Positions 10,478 through 19,646 of a stretch of DNA of 64,000 nt are shown here, piece after piece. Numbering within the stretch: the first letter of the stretch is position 1; the number at the start of each line of letters is the position of its first letter. The notes under the pieces were generated by a model, which saw nothing but the letters and a program-made list of their open reading frames with translations, was not told the DNA's origin and searched no databases. This DNA is from an uncultured Undibacterium sp. (lineage in GTDB: Bacteria > Pseudomonadota > Gammaproteobacteria > Burkholderiales > Burkholderiaceae_D): positions 4,511 through 68,510 of the forward strand of contig CAUPKC010000021.1 of assembly GCA_963511665.1 (NCBI GenBank), given 5' to 3'. The position numbers were made by a program, and so were the translations under genes.

Positions 10478-10520
10478 TCACGGACTAATCACGGACTAAT
10501 CACAGACTAATCACAGAGCA
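10478..10520. repeat. 11-bp tandem repeat, about 3.9 copies
   Basis: tcacggactaa / tcacggactaa / tcacagactaa / tcacagagcat, directly abutting the gltA stop codon (10521-10523). Confidence 0.9.
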
Positions 10521-11825
10521 TTAGCGCTTATCAATGGCAGGCACATCACGTTGAGGCGAACCAACAAACAATTGACGTGGGCGGCCAATTTTTTGCTCTG
10601 GATCAGAAATCATTTCTTTCCATTGTGCGACCCAACCAACAGTACGCGCCAGGGCGAAGATGCCTGTAAACAGTGCCGTTGGAATGCCCAACGCACGTTG
10701 TACGATGCCAGAATAGAAATCAACGTTTGGATACAATTTACGAGACACGAAGTATTCGTCTTCCAAGGCAATTTTTTCCAACGCCATTGCCAACTTGAAT
10801 AATGGATCATCTTGCAAGCCGAGTTCATTCAAAACTTCATAGCAAGTTTCACGCATCAATTTTGCACGTGGATAGTAATTTTTATAAACGCGATGACCAA
10901 AACCCATCAACTTCACGCCAGAATTTTTGTCTTTTACTTGTTCAATGAAATGCGCAATGTTATCAACCGAGCCGATTTCTTCCAACATACTCAATGCAGC
11001 TTCATTCGCACCACCATGAGCAGGACCCCACAAGCAAGCAATGCCGGCAGCGATACAAGCAAATGGATTCGCGCCAGATGAACCAGCTAAACGCACTGTC
11101 GATGTGGAAGCATTTTGCTCATGATCAGCATGCAAAATCAAAATACGATCCAAAGCACGTACCAAAACTTCATTGACTTTGTATGGCTCGCATGGATTCG
11201 AGAACATCATGTACATGAAGTTCGCGCTGTACGACAAATCATTGCGTGGATAGACAAATGGTTGACCAATCGAATATTTATACGCCATCGCGACCAATGT
11301 TGGCATTTTCGCGATCAAGCGAATCGCAGACACTTCACGATGATGGGCATCGTTGATGTCCAATGAGTCGTGATAAAAAGATGCCAAGGCACCTACAGTA
11401 CCAACCAGCACAGACATCGGATGGGCATCACGACGGAAACCACGGAAGAAAAATTGCATCTGCTCGTGCACCATGGTGTGCTTCGTCACTGTATCAACAA
11501 ACTTTACTTTCTGCTCAGCGTTGGGCAATTCACCATTCAGCAATAAGTAGCAGGATTCGAGGAAATCACCACCGTTTTGAGCTAATTGCTCGATCGGGTA
11601 TCCGCGATATAACAACTCACCTTTATCGCCATCGATATAGGTAATGGAAGAGTTACATGCCGCAGTCGACATGAAACCTGGATCATAGGTGAATTTACCA
11701 GTCGCGCCGTACAATTTTCGAATATCAATCACGTCCGGGCCAATAGAACCCTTGTAGATTGGCATCTCGATGGATGGGGAGCCATCGGAAAATGATAGCG
11801 TTGCTTTTGTTTCAGAGTTAGTCAT
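10521..11825 (-). CDS. gltA: Citrate synthase (type II)
   Basis: 434 aa with motifs [25 protein letters not shown] and DFYSGI. Confidence 0.95.
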   Translation of the reverse strand: MTNSETKATLSFSDGSPSIEMPIYKGSIGPDVIDIRKLYGATGKFTYDPGFMSTAACNSSITYIDGDKGELLYRGYPIEQLAQNGGDFLESCYLLLNGELPNAEQKVKFVDTVTKHTMVHEQMQFFFRGFRRDAHPMSVLVGTVGALASFYHDSLDINDAHHREVSAIRLIAKMPTLVAMAYKYSIGQPFVYPRNDLSYSANFMYMMFSNPCEPYKVNEVLVRALDRILILHADHEQNASTSTVRLAGSSGANPFACIAAGIACLWGPAHGGANEAALSMLEEIGSVDNIAHFIEQVKDKNSGVKLMGFGHRVYKNYYPRAKLMRETCYEVLNELGLQDDPLFKLAMALEKIALEDEYFVSRKLYPNVDFYSGIVQRALGIPTALFTGIFALARTVGWVAQWKEMISDPEQKIGRPRQLFVGSPQRDVPAIDKR

Positions 11826-11901
11826 GGCTCTTCCTTCGTTGCAGGTGAGTCGTTAGTGAAAAAAATGCGCAAAAAATGCGATCAAAAAAAGTATAAAAAT
11901 C

Positions 11902-12183
11902 TTATGCTATACGTAAACGTGTCAATAGCGTTTTGACTTGAGGCAAATCGAGCTGATCTTCAGGCTCGGTTTTCCCCATCAACAAATCCATTAGTTCATT
12001 ATCGGAAATATCCATAAGTCGACTAAATGCATCGACCTCTTCATCCGACATAGTTACCTCATGCGCATCCAAAAAACGCGTGAGTATCAAATCATTCTCC
12101 AATAAACCGCGACGCGCACGCCAGCGTAGCCTCGCTCGATTTACCGGATCACTTTGATGCAAGCCAGACATAACACCTGACAT
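11902..12183 (-). CDS. sdhE: Succinate dehydrogenase assembly factor 2 (SdhE / DUF339)
   Basis: 93 aa with RARLRWRARRGLLENDLIL and SDNELMDLL motifs, located between sdhB and gltA. Confidence 0.8.
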   Translation of the reverse strand: MSGVMSGLHQSDPVNRARLRWRARRGLLENDLILTRFLDAHEVTMSDEEVDAFSRLMDISDNELMDLLMGKTEPEDQLDLPQVKTLLTRLRIA

Positions 12184-12264
12184 GATTTTTCCATTTCTTT
12201 AAAGTCCGAGATTCCAGAGATACATCAGAATCTCAGCACAAATACCTTGCTTAATCACTGTGAT

Positions 12265-12975
12265 TTAAACAGCACGTCTAACCATGAGTTCTTTAATCTT
12301 ACCGATTGCACGGGTAGGATTGAGACCTTTAGGGCAAACATCAACGCAGTTCATAATTGTATGACAGCGGAATAAACGATAAGGATCTTCCAAATTATCC
12401 AAACGCGCACCCGTTGCTTCATCACGTGAATCGGCGATAAAACGATAAGCTTGCAACAAGCCCGCTGGACCAACGAACTTGTCCGGATTCCACCAGAATG
12501 AAGGGCACGATGTTGAACAGCATGCGCACAAAATACACTCGTACAAGCCATCCAACTCTTCACGTTCAGTTGGTGATTGCAAACGTTCTTTTTCAGGCGG
12601 AATGCTGTCATTGATCAAGTATGGTTTGATCGAATTGTACTGTTTGAAGAATTGCGTCATATCCACGATCAAATCGCGAATTACAGGCAAGCCTGGCAAT
12701 GGACGCAATACGATTGGTTCAGTCAATTCATTCAAATTGGTAGTACAAGCCAAACCATTCTTACCATTGATATTCATCGCATCAGAGCCGCACACACCCT
12801 CACGGCATGAACGACGCAGAGCTAAGGAATCATCAACGTCCGCTTTGATACGTTGCAAAGCATCGAGCAACATCTTGTCTGTATCTTGCAATTCAACCGT
12901 CAGGTCTTGCATGTAAGGCTTCGCATCCTTGTCCGGATCGTAGCGATAGATTTTAAATTTTAATGTACGTGCCAT
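12265..12975 (-). CDS. sdhB: Succinate dehydrogenase iron-sulfur subunit
   Basis: 236 aa with three Cys clusters: [21 protein letters not shown] and [12 protein letters not shown]. Confidence 0.95.
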   Translation of the reverse strand: MARTLKFKIYRYDPDKDAKPYMQDLTVELQDTDKMLLDALQRIKADVDDSLALRRSCREGVCGSDAMNINGKNGLACTTNLNELTEPIVLRPLPGLPVIRDLIVDMTQFFKQYNSIKPYLINDSIPPEKERLQSPTEREELDGLYECILCACCSTSCPSFWWNPDKFVGPAGLLQAYRFIADSRDEATGARLDNLEDPYRLFRCHTIMNCVDVCPKGLNPTRAIGKIKELMVRRAV

Positions 12976-12985
12976 AGTGATCTCT

Positions 12986-14773
12986 TTAGAATGTACGTGC
13001 TTTAGGTTGGAAGGTTTCCACCGTGAGCGGCTTAGTCACAACTGGTTTGTAATCTAAGCGATTACCCTCTGAATACCACAAAGTGTGCTTCATCCAGTTT
13101 TCATCATCACGTTTTTCATAATCACGATGCGCATGTGCACCGCGAGATTCTTTACGTGCGTTTGCGGAAGTAATTGTCGCTTTGGCTGTTTCGATCAAGT
13201 TATCCAATTCCAAAGCTTCGACACGTGCTGTGTTGAATACTTTGGATTTATCTTTGAAAGAAACGTGCTTACGGCGCTCATCCAATTCCATAATTTTCTC
13301 AACGCCAGTTTGCAGCAATTCATCAGTACGGAATACACCGCAGTATTGTTGCATCGTGCCGCGAATTGCATTCGCTACGTCTTGTACTCGCTCAGTACCT
13401 GTGCTGTTTTCCAATGTAGATAAACGAGACAATGCCAAATCAGCTGCATCCTTAGGCAAATCTTTATTGCTGCGAGATTTTAAATTGCTTGCAACAACGT
13501 GGTTACCTGCCGCACGACCGAATACGATCAAATCTAGCAAGGAATTGGTACCTAAACGATTCGCACCGTGCACCGAGACGCACGCACATTCACCGATCGC
13601 GTATAAACCATTGACAACTTCATTTACGCCATTCTGTGTGGTGACAACTTGACCGTGAATATTGGTCGGAATACCACCCATTTGGTAATGAATTGTTGGT
13701 ACGACTGGAATTGGCTCTTTCGTCGCATCGACGTTGGCAAACTTATGGCCAATTTCCAAAATGGAAGGAAGGCGCTTTTGAATTGTTTCGGCACCAATAT
13801 GGCGCAAATCAAGCAATACGTGGTCTTTATTTGGACCGCAACCACGACCTTCTTTGATTTCCTGATCCATTGAACGAGAAATAAAATCTCGCGGCGCCAA
13901 ATCTTTCAATGTCGGCGCATAACGTTCCATGAATCGTTCGCCCTGGCTATTGACCAAAATCCCACCCTCGCCACGCACACCTTCAGTGATCAACACACCT
14001 GCACCAGCGACACCAGTAGGATGAAATTGCCAGAATTCCATATCTTGCAGGGGCAAACCGGCACGTGCCGCCATACCCATACCATCACCGGTATTGATGA
14101 AAGCATTCGTCGACGCGGCGAAAATGCGACCAGCACCACCAGTTGCAAGCATCGTTGTTTTTGCTTCTAGCATCATCACTTCGCCAGTTTCTATCTCAAG
14201 TGCCACTACACCCAAAATATCACCTGATGCATCGCGGATCAAATCGATCGCCATCCATTCCACGAAAAAATGGGTACGTGCACGAACATTGCGTTGATAC
14301 AGTGTGTGCAACAAAGCATGACCAGTACGATCCGCCGCTGCACACGCGCGCTGCACTGGCTTTTCGCCAAAATTCGCAGTATGACCACCGAATGGGCGCT
14401 GATAAATAGTGCCATCAGCATTACGGTCGAATGGCATACCAAAATGTTCCAATTCATACACGACTTTTGGCGCTTCACGACACATGAATTCGATCGCATC
14501 TTGATCACCTAAGTAATCGCCACCTTTAACGGTGTCAAACATGTGCCAAAACCAATTATCTTCAGACATATTACCGAGTGAAGCACCGATACCACCTTGA
14601 GCAGCAACGGTATGAGAACGGGTTGGGAAAACTTTCGACAAAACAGCCACATTGAGGCCAGCTTCTGCCAATTGTAAAGATGCGCGCATACCTGATCCAC
14701 CGGCACCGACGATTACCGCATCAAAACGACGCGATGGGATTGCAGACTTAATTCCAAAATTTGTCGCAGCCAC
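12986..14773 (-). CDS. sdhA: Succinate dehydrogenase flavoprotein subunit
   Basis: The track ORF extends to 14890 through sdhD. GTG at 14773 lies 2 nt after the sdhD stop and gives [31 protein letters not shown] (595 aa). The FAD-binding and HPTG motifs are present. Confidence 0.9.
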   Translation of the reverse strand: MAATNFGIKSAIPSRRFDAVIVGAGGSGMRASLQLAEAGLNVAVLSKVFPTRSHTVAAQGGIGASLGNMSEDNWFWHMFDTVKGGDYLGDQDAIEFMCREAPKVVYELEHFGMPFDRNADGTIYQRPFGGHTANFGEKPVQRACAAADRTGHALLHTLYQRNVRARTHFFVEWMAIDLIRDASGDILGVVALEIETGEVMMLEAKTTMLATGGAGRIFAASTNAFINTGDGMGMAARAGLPLQDMEFWQFHPTGVAGAGVLITEGVRGEGGILVNSQGERFMERYAPTLKDLAPRDFISRSMDQEIKEGRGCGPNKDHVLLDLRHIGAETIQKRLPSILEIGHKFANVDATKEPIPVVPTIHYQMGGIPTNIHGQVVTTQNGVNEVVNGLYAIGECACVSVHGANRLGTNSLLDLIVFGRAAGNHVVASNLKSRSNKDLPKDAADLALSRLSTLENSTGTERVQDVANAIRGTMQQYCGVFRTDELLQTGVEKIMELDERRKHVSFKDKSKVFNTARVEALELDNLIETAKATITSANARKESRGAHAHRDYEKRDDENWMKHTLWYSEGNRLDYKPVVTKPLTVETFQPKARTF

Positions 14774-14775
14774 GA

Positions 14776-15144
14776 TTACACTCTCCACAAAATCTGTGCG
14801 GCGTAGCCAGCACAAGCGATCAGCCACACGATAGTGCCGACCTGTAAAATCAAACGCAACACCACGGAATGCGTCACATAATCCATCCAAATATCACGCA
14901 GACCGACCCATGCGTGATATAGCAAGGCGACGATCACAGTAAATGTCAATAGCTTGAACCACTGCATAGAGAACACACCCACCCATGACTCATAGCTAAA
15001 ACGCGTTCCTGTCAAAAACAGAACCAAAATCACAACGGTATAGATAGCCATCAAAATTGCCGTGACGCGTTGCGCCAACCAATCGCGCATACCATAGCCC
15101 GCGCCAACAACCAGACGTTTAGGTCCAATATTATTGTTCGCCAT
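14776..15144 (-). CDS. sdhD: Succinate dehydrogenase membrane anchor subunit
   Basis: 122-aa protein with 3 TM helices, abutting the sdhC stop and the sdhA start. Confidence 0.85.
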   Translation of the reverse strand: MANNNIGPKRLVVGAGYGMRDWLAQRVTAILMAIYTVVILVLFLTGTRFSYESWVGVFSMQWFKLLTFTVIVALLYHAWVGLRDIWMDYVTHSVVLRLILQVGTIVWLIACAGYAAQILWRV

Positions 15145-15552
15145 TTAAAACACTCCAAATAATTTCAACGCAACCAAAGCAGTCAAACTCAAGCTAATCG
15201 ACAACACAGCGACCGCAGAGCGGCGACCGGAGTCCTTATCGAGACCATAATGGAAGTCCATGAGTAAATGACGAATGCCCGCCGCAAAGTGGTGCAAGTA
15301 AGCCCAAACCAATGCTAACAAAACCAATTTAACAAGAATCGACGATGCAAACAAATGCAACATGGCAAATGACACTTCCGATTTCAAGCTTTGATCAAGC
15401 AGGTACAGAGCAAACGGCAACAAGGCGAACATCAACATGCCACTTGCTCGATGCAGAATCGACACAAATCCAGCTAGCGGCAATCGATAACCGAGTGCAT
15501 CGGTTAAGCGCATCACACCAAAACGCTTCTTATTTTTAACAACTTCAGACAT
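15145..15552 (-). CDS. sdhC: Succinate dehydrogenase cytochrome b556 subunit
   Basis: 135-aa membrane protein (SILHRASG motif). It is the first gene of sdhCDAB. Confidence 0.85.
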   Translation of the reverse strand: MSEVVKNKKRFGVMRLTDALGYRLPLAGFVSILHRASGMLMFALLPFALYLLDQSLKSEVSFAMLHLFASSILVKLVLLALVWAYLHHFAAGIRHLLMDFHYGLDKDSGRRSAVAVLSISLSLTALVALKLFGVF

Positions 15553-15710
15553 AAATAAACTCCCCCAAAATGACTCAGCACTACAACTTTATAATTTTCG
15601 CCTATTTTGATGCATTGCACCAACTGATTTGACGGTTTTCTGAGAATTATTCTTCGATTTGATCAAGAATTAAGCAAATAATCTGGTTCAATCCTAGCTA
15701 AGCATGCGGT

Positions 15711-16541
15711 TCAACTCAATTCATTTCGATAATGATGCGCATTCGTTAAGTACAAACCACGTCGCAACTCGACCGCCCTATCACCATAAGTGAATGAAAT
15801 TCGCTCCACACTCAACAAAGGCATACCAACTACCACCTGCAATAAATCCGCCATCTCATGCGTTGCGCAAACAGCGCGAATTTCTTCATGAGCACGAATC
15901 ATATGTGTACCGAATTCAGACTCGAATAACGCGTACATAGGCCCTTTGTACTCATTCAAACGCTCTATCGTTAAGCCCTTAAAAATAGAACCCGGCAGCC
16001 ATAACTCTTCTAAAATTGTTGGCACCCCAGAGAAAGATTGTACACGCTTTAAAAAAACGACCGATTCGCCCGCCTTCATTTCCAACAAACGAGCCACCTC
16101 AGCGGGCGCACGTAGACGCTTGACTTCGATAATTTTATTTTCTGGATAGGCACGTTCGCCACTATCAGGAACAAGACGCAAGAAACGAAACTGTGAGCGC
16201 GCCTCGTGATGAGTTGCGACAAATGTCCCCTTCCCTTGTCTACGCACCACTAGATTCTCAGCGGACAATTCATCAATCGCTTTGCGCACTGTACCTTGGC
16301 TGACTTTAAAACGGGCAGCCAGTTCAATTTCACTAGGAATTAACTCACCCGGTTTCCATTCGCCAGTTTGCAGGCTTTGTGTAATCAAGCCCTTAATCTG
16401 TTGGTACAAAGGGCTAAAGGTCGGCGCTGCAGAAGAATACGAATCCGCATCGGAAGATGACAAACTTTTCGACTCATTAGGCTGCATAATTGGTGACACC
16501 GTTAGATTCATAGTTCGCAATTTCACCACAAAAGCAACCAC
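15711..16541 (-). CDS. GntR-family transcriptional regulator (HutC-like, UTRA effector domain)
   Basis: Winged-HTH LPSEIELAARFKVSQGTVRKAIDELSAENLVVRRQGKGTFV followed by a UTRA-like C-terminal domain. The start is uncertain: in-frame ATGs at 16511 and 16487 are alternatives. Confidence 0.85.
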   Translation of the reverse strand: MVAFVVKLRTMNLTVSPIMQPNESKSLSSSDADSYSSAAPTFSPLYQQIKGLITQSLQTGEWKPGELIPSEIELAARFKVSQGTVRKAIDELSAENLVVRRQGKGTFVATHHEARSQFRFLRLVPDSGERAYPENKIIEVKRLRAPAEVARLLEMKAGESVVFLKRVQSFSGVPTILEELWLPGSIFKGLTIERLNEYKGPMYALFESEFGTHMIRAHEEIRAVCATHEMADLLQVVVGMPLLSVERISFTYGDRAVELRRGLYLTNAHHYRNELS

Positions 16542-16570
16542 AAAGTCTAGAGAAAAGTAAAAAACTTATC

Positions 16571-16588
16571 ATGTCTTATATAAGACAT
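16571..16588. promoter_or_regulatory. Perfect 18-bp palindrome; candidate GntR operator
   Basis: ATGTCTTATATAAGACAT is its own reverse complement and contains the GT..TA..AC type core used by HutC/GntR regulators. It lies 30 bp upstream of the GntR ORF and next to a -35 TTGACA facing mdh. Confidence 0.45.
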
Positions 16589-16598
16589 AAGATATCCA

Positions 16599-16627
16599 TT
16601 GACACAAACGAAGGTGCGCAATAAACT
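16599..16627 (+). promoter_or_regulatory. Sigma70-like promoter facing mdh
   Basis: TTGACA (16599-16604), a 17-nt spacer, then TAAACT (16622-16627). It would give a 5' UTR of about 230 nt, so support is weak. Confidence 0.3.
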
Positions 16628-16863
16628 TCCACGCATTATGATGTTTATGCACAATTTCGATCACAATATTTGACATTTTTTTGGTAAAACAGGGTGCCGA
16701 ATAAGAAATTCAATCGCCTGCGGATGTCATTCAGCGTTATCATTTCAGGCGCTCATTTCAATACACTTGATTTTGACGAAATAGATGATCCAACAGACGT
16801 TTCAATCTAATTCTTGGATTAAAGCATTACAATATTATTTTTACACCACTGCGGAGAAATACC

Positions 16864-17853
16864 ATGTCTAAATCCCCTATGCGCGTTGCTGTTACTGGCG
16901 CAGCTGGCCAAATCGGCTATTCCCTCTTGTTCAGAATCGCTAACGGCGACATGTTGGGCAAAGATCAGCCTGTGATTTTGCAATTATTGGAAATCCCTGA
17001 TGAAAAAGCACAAAAAGCGCTTAAAGGCGTGATGATGGAAATCGACGATTGCGCATTCCCATTGTTGGCTGGCATGTCCGCTCACAGCGATCCGATGACA
17101 GCATTTAGAGATATCGACGTGGCTTTGTTAGTTGGTGCGCGCCCACGTGGCCCTGGCATGGAACGCAAAGATTTGCTCGAAGCAAATGCGCAAATTTTCA
17201 CAGTACAAGGTAAGGCATTAGATGCAGTGGCTTCACGTAATGTCAAAGTATTGGTTGTTGGCAATCCAGCGAACACCAACGCTTACATCGCAATGAAATC
17301 AGCACCAAACCTGCCATCTAAAAACTTTACTGCCATGTTGCGCTTAGATCACAACCGCGCCTTGTCACAAGTGGCTGCGAAAACTGGCAAAGCGGTCGCT
17401 GATATTGAAAAATTGTGTGTTTGGGGTAATCACTCTCCGACTATGTACGCTGACTATCGCTTCGCAACAGTGGCAGGCGCATCTGTCAAAGATATGATCA
17501 ATGATCAAGAATGGAATAAAGACGCATTCTTGCCAACAGTAGGCAAACGCGGTGCAGCTATCATCGAAGCACGTGGTTTGTCCTCAGCGGCATCGGCAGC
17601 GAATGCGGCGATTGATCACGTACGTGACTGGGTACTGGGTACAAACGGCAAATGGACAACCATGGGTATCCCATCTGATGGCTCTTATGACATTCCAGAA
17701 GGCACGATGTTTGGCTTTCCTGTCACAACAGAAAACGGCGAATACACGATTGTTCAAGGCTTGGAAATCGATGAATTCTCACGTGAGCGCATCAACGTCA
17801 CTCTCAAAGAATTGCAAGACGAGCGTGATGGCGTGAAACATTTGGTAGGCTAA
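16864..17853 (+). CDS. mdh: Malate dehydrogenase (NAD)
   Basis: 329 aa with [15 protein letters not shown] and [10 protein letters not shown] motifs. GGAGAAATACC precedes the ATG. Confidence 0.95.
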   Translation: MSKSPMRVAVTGAAGQIGYSLLFRIANGDMLGKDQPVILQLLEIPDEKAQKALKGVMMEIDDCAFPLLAGMSAHSDPMTAFRDIDVALLVGARPRGPGMERKDLLEANAQIFTVQGKALDAVASRNVKVLVVGNPANTNAYIAMKSAPNLPSKNFTAMLRLDHNRALSQVAAKTGKAVADIEKLCVWGNHSPTMYADYRFATVAGASVKDMINDQEWNKDAFLPTVGKRGAAIIEARGLSSAASAANAAIDHVRDWVLGTNGKWTTMGIPSDGSYDIPEGTMFGFPVTTENGEYTIVQGLEIDEFSRERINVTLKELQDERDGVKHLVG

Positions 17854-17866
17854 TTAGCCTGAGACT

Positions 17867-17894
17867 GGGCTTGTCTACGATGACAAGCCCTTTT
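17867..17894 (+). terminator. Intrinsic terminator after mdh
   Basis: gggcttgtc (17867-17875) / gacaagccc (17882-17890) followed by TTTT. Confidence 0.7.
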
Positions 17895-17988
17895 ACCGGC
17901 ATTTCACTTTAGATTTGAGCTGCAAATTTTGCCATCCGATTTACCGTACGACGATTTACAGTACGATGATTTACTACAAGATCTATCA

Positions 17989-18981
17989 ATGACATCACCG
18001 CCGATGCATCCATCTCAGGCACTATTTCAAGATCAGGCAGCGCCATTTTTTTTACCCGTGTGTGATCACTATGCTGGTTCAGAAAAATTGATGCTCAAGT
18101 CCTTGGGCCTGCAAAATGAGCTCGGGCCCGTATTTGATATTACATTTGATTGTGAAGACGGCGCGGCAATTGGTAATGAGTTAATACATATACAAATGTT
18201 GACGCAGATTATTGCGTCCAACAGCAATCAATTTAATCGTATCGGAGTTCGAGTTCATCATCTCGATCACCCGGCGTTTCATCAAGATATTCAACAGCTT
18301 CTGAGTTCTAGCAAAGCATGTAAAAAACTGGCTTACATTGTGCTGCCTAAAGTGAATACGGTGAATGAAGTCAACACAGCCATTGACGCCATTAACCAGT
18401 TATCGCAAATCCAAAATCGTCAAGCTATTCCTATACACCTACTAGTTGAGACGCAAACTGCACTGGCAAATGTACAGGCTTTGGCGGCAATTCCTCAAGT
18501 TGAATGCCTATCCTTCGGGATTATGGATTTCGTATCGTCGCATTGGAGTGCCATTCCTGCGAGTGCGATGCGTGCTCCAGCCCAGTTTTCACATCCTTTA
18601 GTGACGCGAGCCAAACTGGAAATCGCAGCGGCTTGTCATTTGCACGGCAAAGTACCTTCGCACAATGTAACTACCGATTTTAAAGATCCATCGGTAACAC
18701 TCAGTGATGCAACAAGAGCGAGTCAGGAATTCGCTTACACCAGAATGTGGAGCATCCATCCGAGTCAAATCAAGCCAATTATTAAGGCTATGGCACCACG
18801 TAGTGCCGAAATTAATGAGGCAGTTGCAATTTTGAGCACAGCACAAGAAAATCAATGGGGTCCTATAGAAATGCATGGTCGCCTGCATGATAGAGCAAGT
18901 TATCGCTATTACTGGACGGTCTTAAAGAAAGCAAGTATGAGTGGCGTCAACTTGCCCGAAGGTGCACAATACTTAACTTAA
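17989..18981 (+). CDS. HpcH/HpaI aldolase / citrate lyase beta (CitE)-like protein
   Basis: DITFDCEDGAA and LLVETQTALANV...FGIMDF motifs. The track ORF starts at TTG 17929, and the first ATG is at 17989. Confidence 0.7.
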   Translation: MTSPPMHPSQALFQDQAAPFFLPVCDHYAGSEKLMLKSLGLQNELGPVFDITFDCEDGAAIGNELIHIQMLTQIIASNSNQFNRIGVRVHHLDHPAFHQDIQQLLSSSKACKKLAYIVLPKVNTVNEVNTAIDAINQLSQIQNRQAIPIHLLVETQTALANVQALAAIPQVECLSFGIMDFVSSHWSAIPASAMRAPAQFSHPLVTRAKLEIAAACHLHGKVPSHNVTTDFKDPSVTLSDATRASQEFAYTRMWSIHPSQIKPIIKAMAPRSAEINEAVAILSTAQENQWGPIEMHGRLHDRASYRYYWTVLKKASMSGVNLPEGAQYLT

Positions 18982-19046
18982 GCATCAGCATCAGCAGCAA
19001 GCTAGTTGCAACACCAAACGTATTTTTGAATTACTAAAGGGATATC

Positions 19047-19547
19047 ATGAAATCATCACCACTATTGCAGCAGACATTGGCAAAATTTCTCATCGCCATT
19101 TGCGCAACCGGCTTATCGATATCCGCTATCGCAGCCGATAGCCAGGCGCCAAATACTGTCAAGAAAACTAGCAAAACAAAACCCGCAAAAGTGGCCAAAG
19201 CCGATAGCAAAAACGCTGCGGCCACCGTGATAGAGCCCGAGCCAAATATTGCGTTGAGCTCTGACACCGAATACAAGTGTGAACTTGGTAACTCCTTGGT
19301 GATGTACGCTCATCCTGAAGATAATCAAAGCTTAGCCATGCGCTGGAGAAATCGCCTGTACAAATTAACCCGCGTAGAAACATCCACTGGCGCGCATCGT
19401 TTTGAAAATCAAAAAATCGGCTTGGTCTGGATAGACATTCCAACCAAAGGCATGCTGCTCGATTCACATCGCGGTCATCAATTAGCGAATGAATGTAAGA
19501 GCACTAAAATCGCGAGCTTAGGCGTCACAGAAACGCAAGTTAAATAA
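19047..19547 (+). CDS. Secreted protein, MliC-like (lysozyme-inhibitor fold) domain
   Basis: Signal peptide ...ISAIAADS. The C-terminal half YKCELGNSLV...LTRVETSTGAHRF...LVWIDIPTKGMLL...ANECK resembles the MliC pattern Y.C ... SGARY ... W.TKG ... C. Confidence 0.5.
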   Translation: MKSSPLLQQTLAKFLIAICATGLSISAIAADSQAPNTVKKTSKTKPAKVAKADSKNAAATVIEPEPNIALSSDTEYKCELGNSLVMYAHPEDNQSLAMRWRNRLYKLTRVETSTGAHRFENQKIGLVWIDIPTKGMLLDSHRGHQLANECKSTKIASLGVTETQVK

Positions 19548-19646
19548 GAGTGTTAAAAATTTGTTTCATTAGTCAATTTATTAGTTTCAAGCTTCAAATC
19601 CGTATCACCTCACTTCATTGTTCATCATCGAATATAAGGAACAGCC

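Noticed and set aside
12986-14890. Extended 634-aa version of the sdhA ORF.
   Set aside because: The extra 39 codons run through sdhD. The GTG at 14773 lies 2 nt after the sdhD stop and gives the conserved MAA...[16 protein letters not shown]-terminus.
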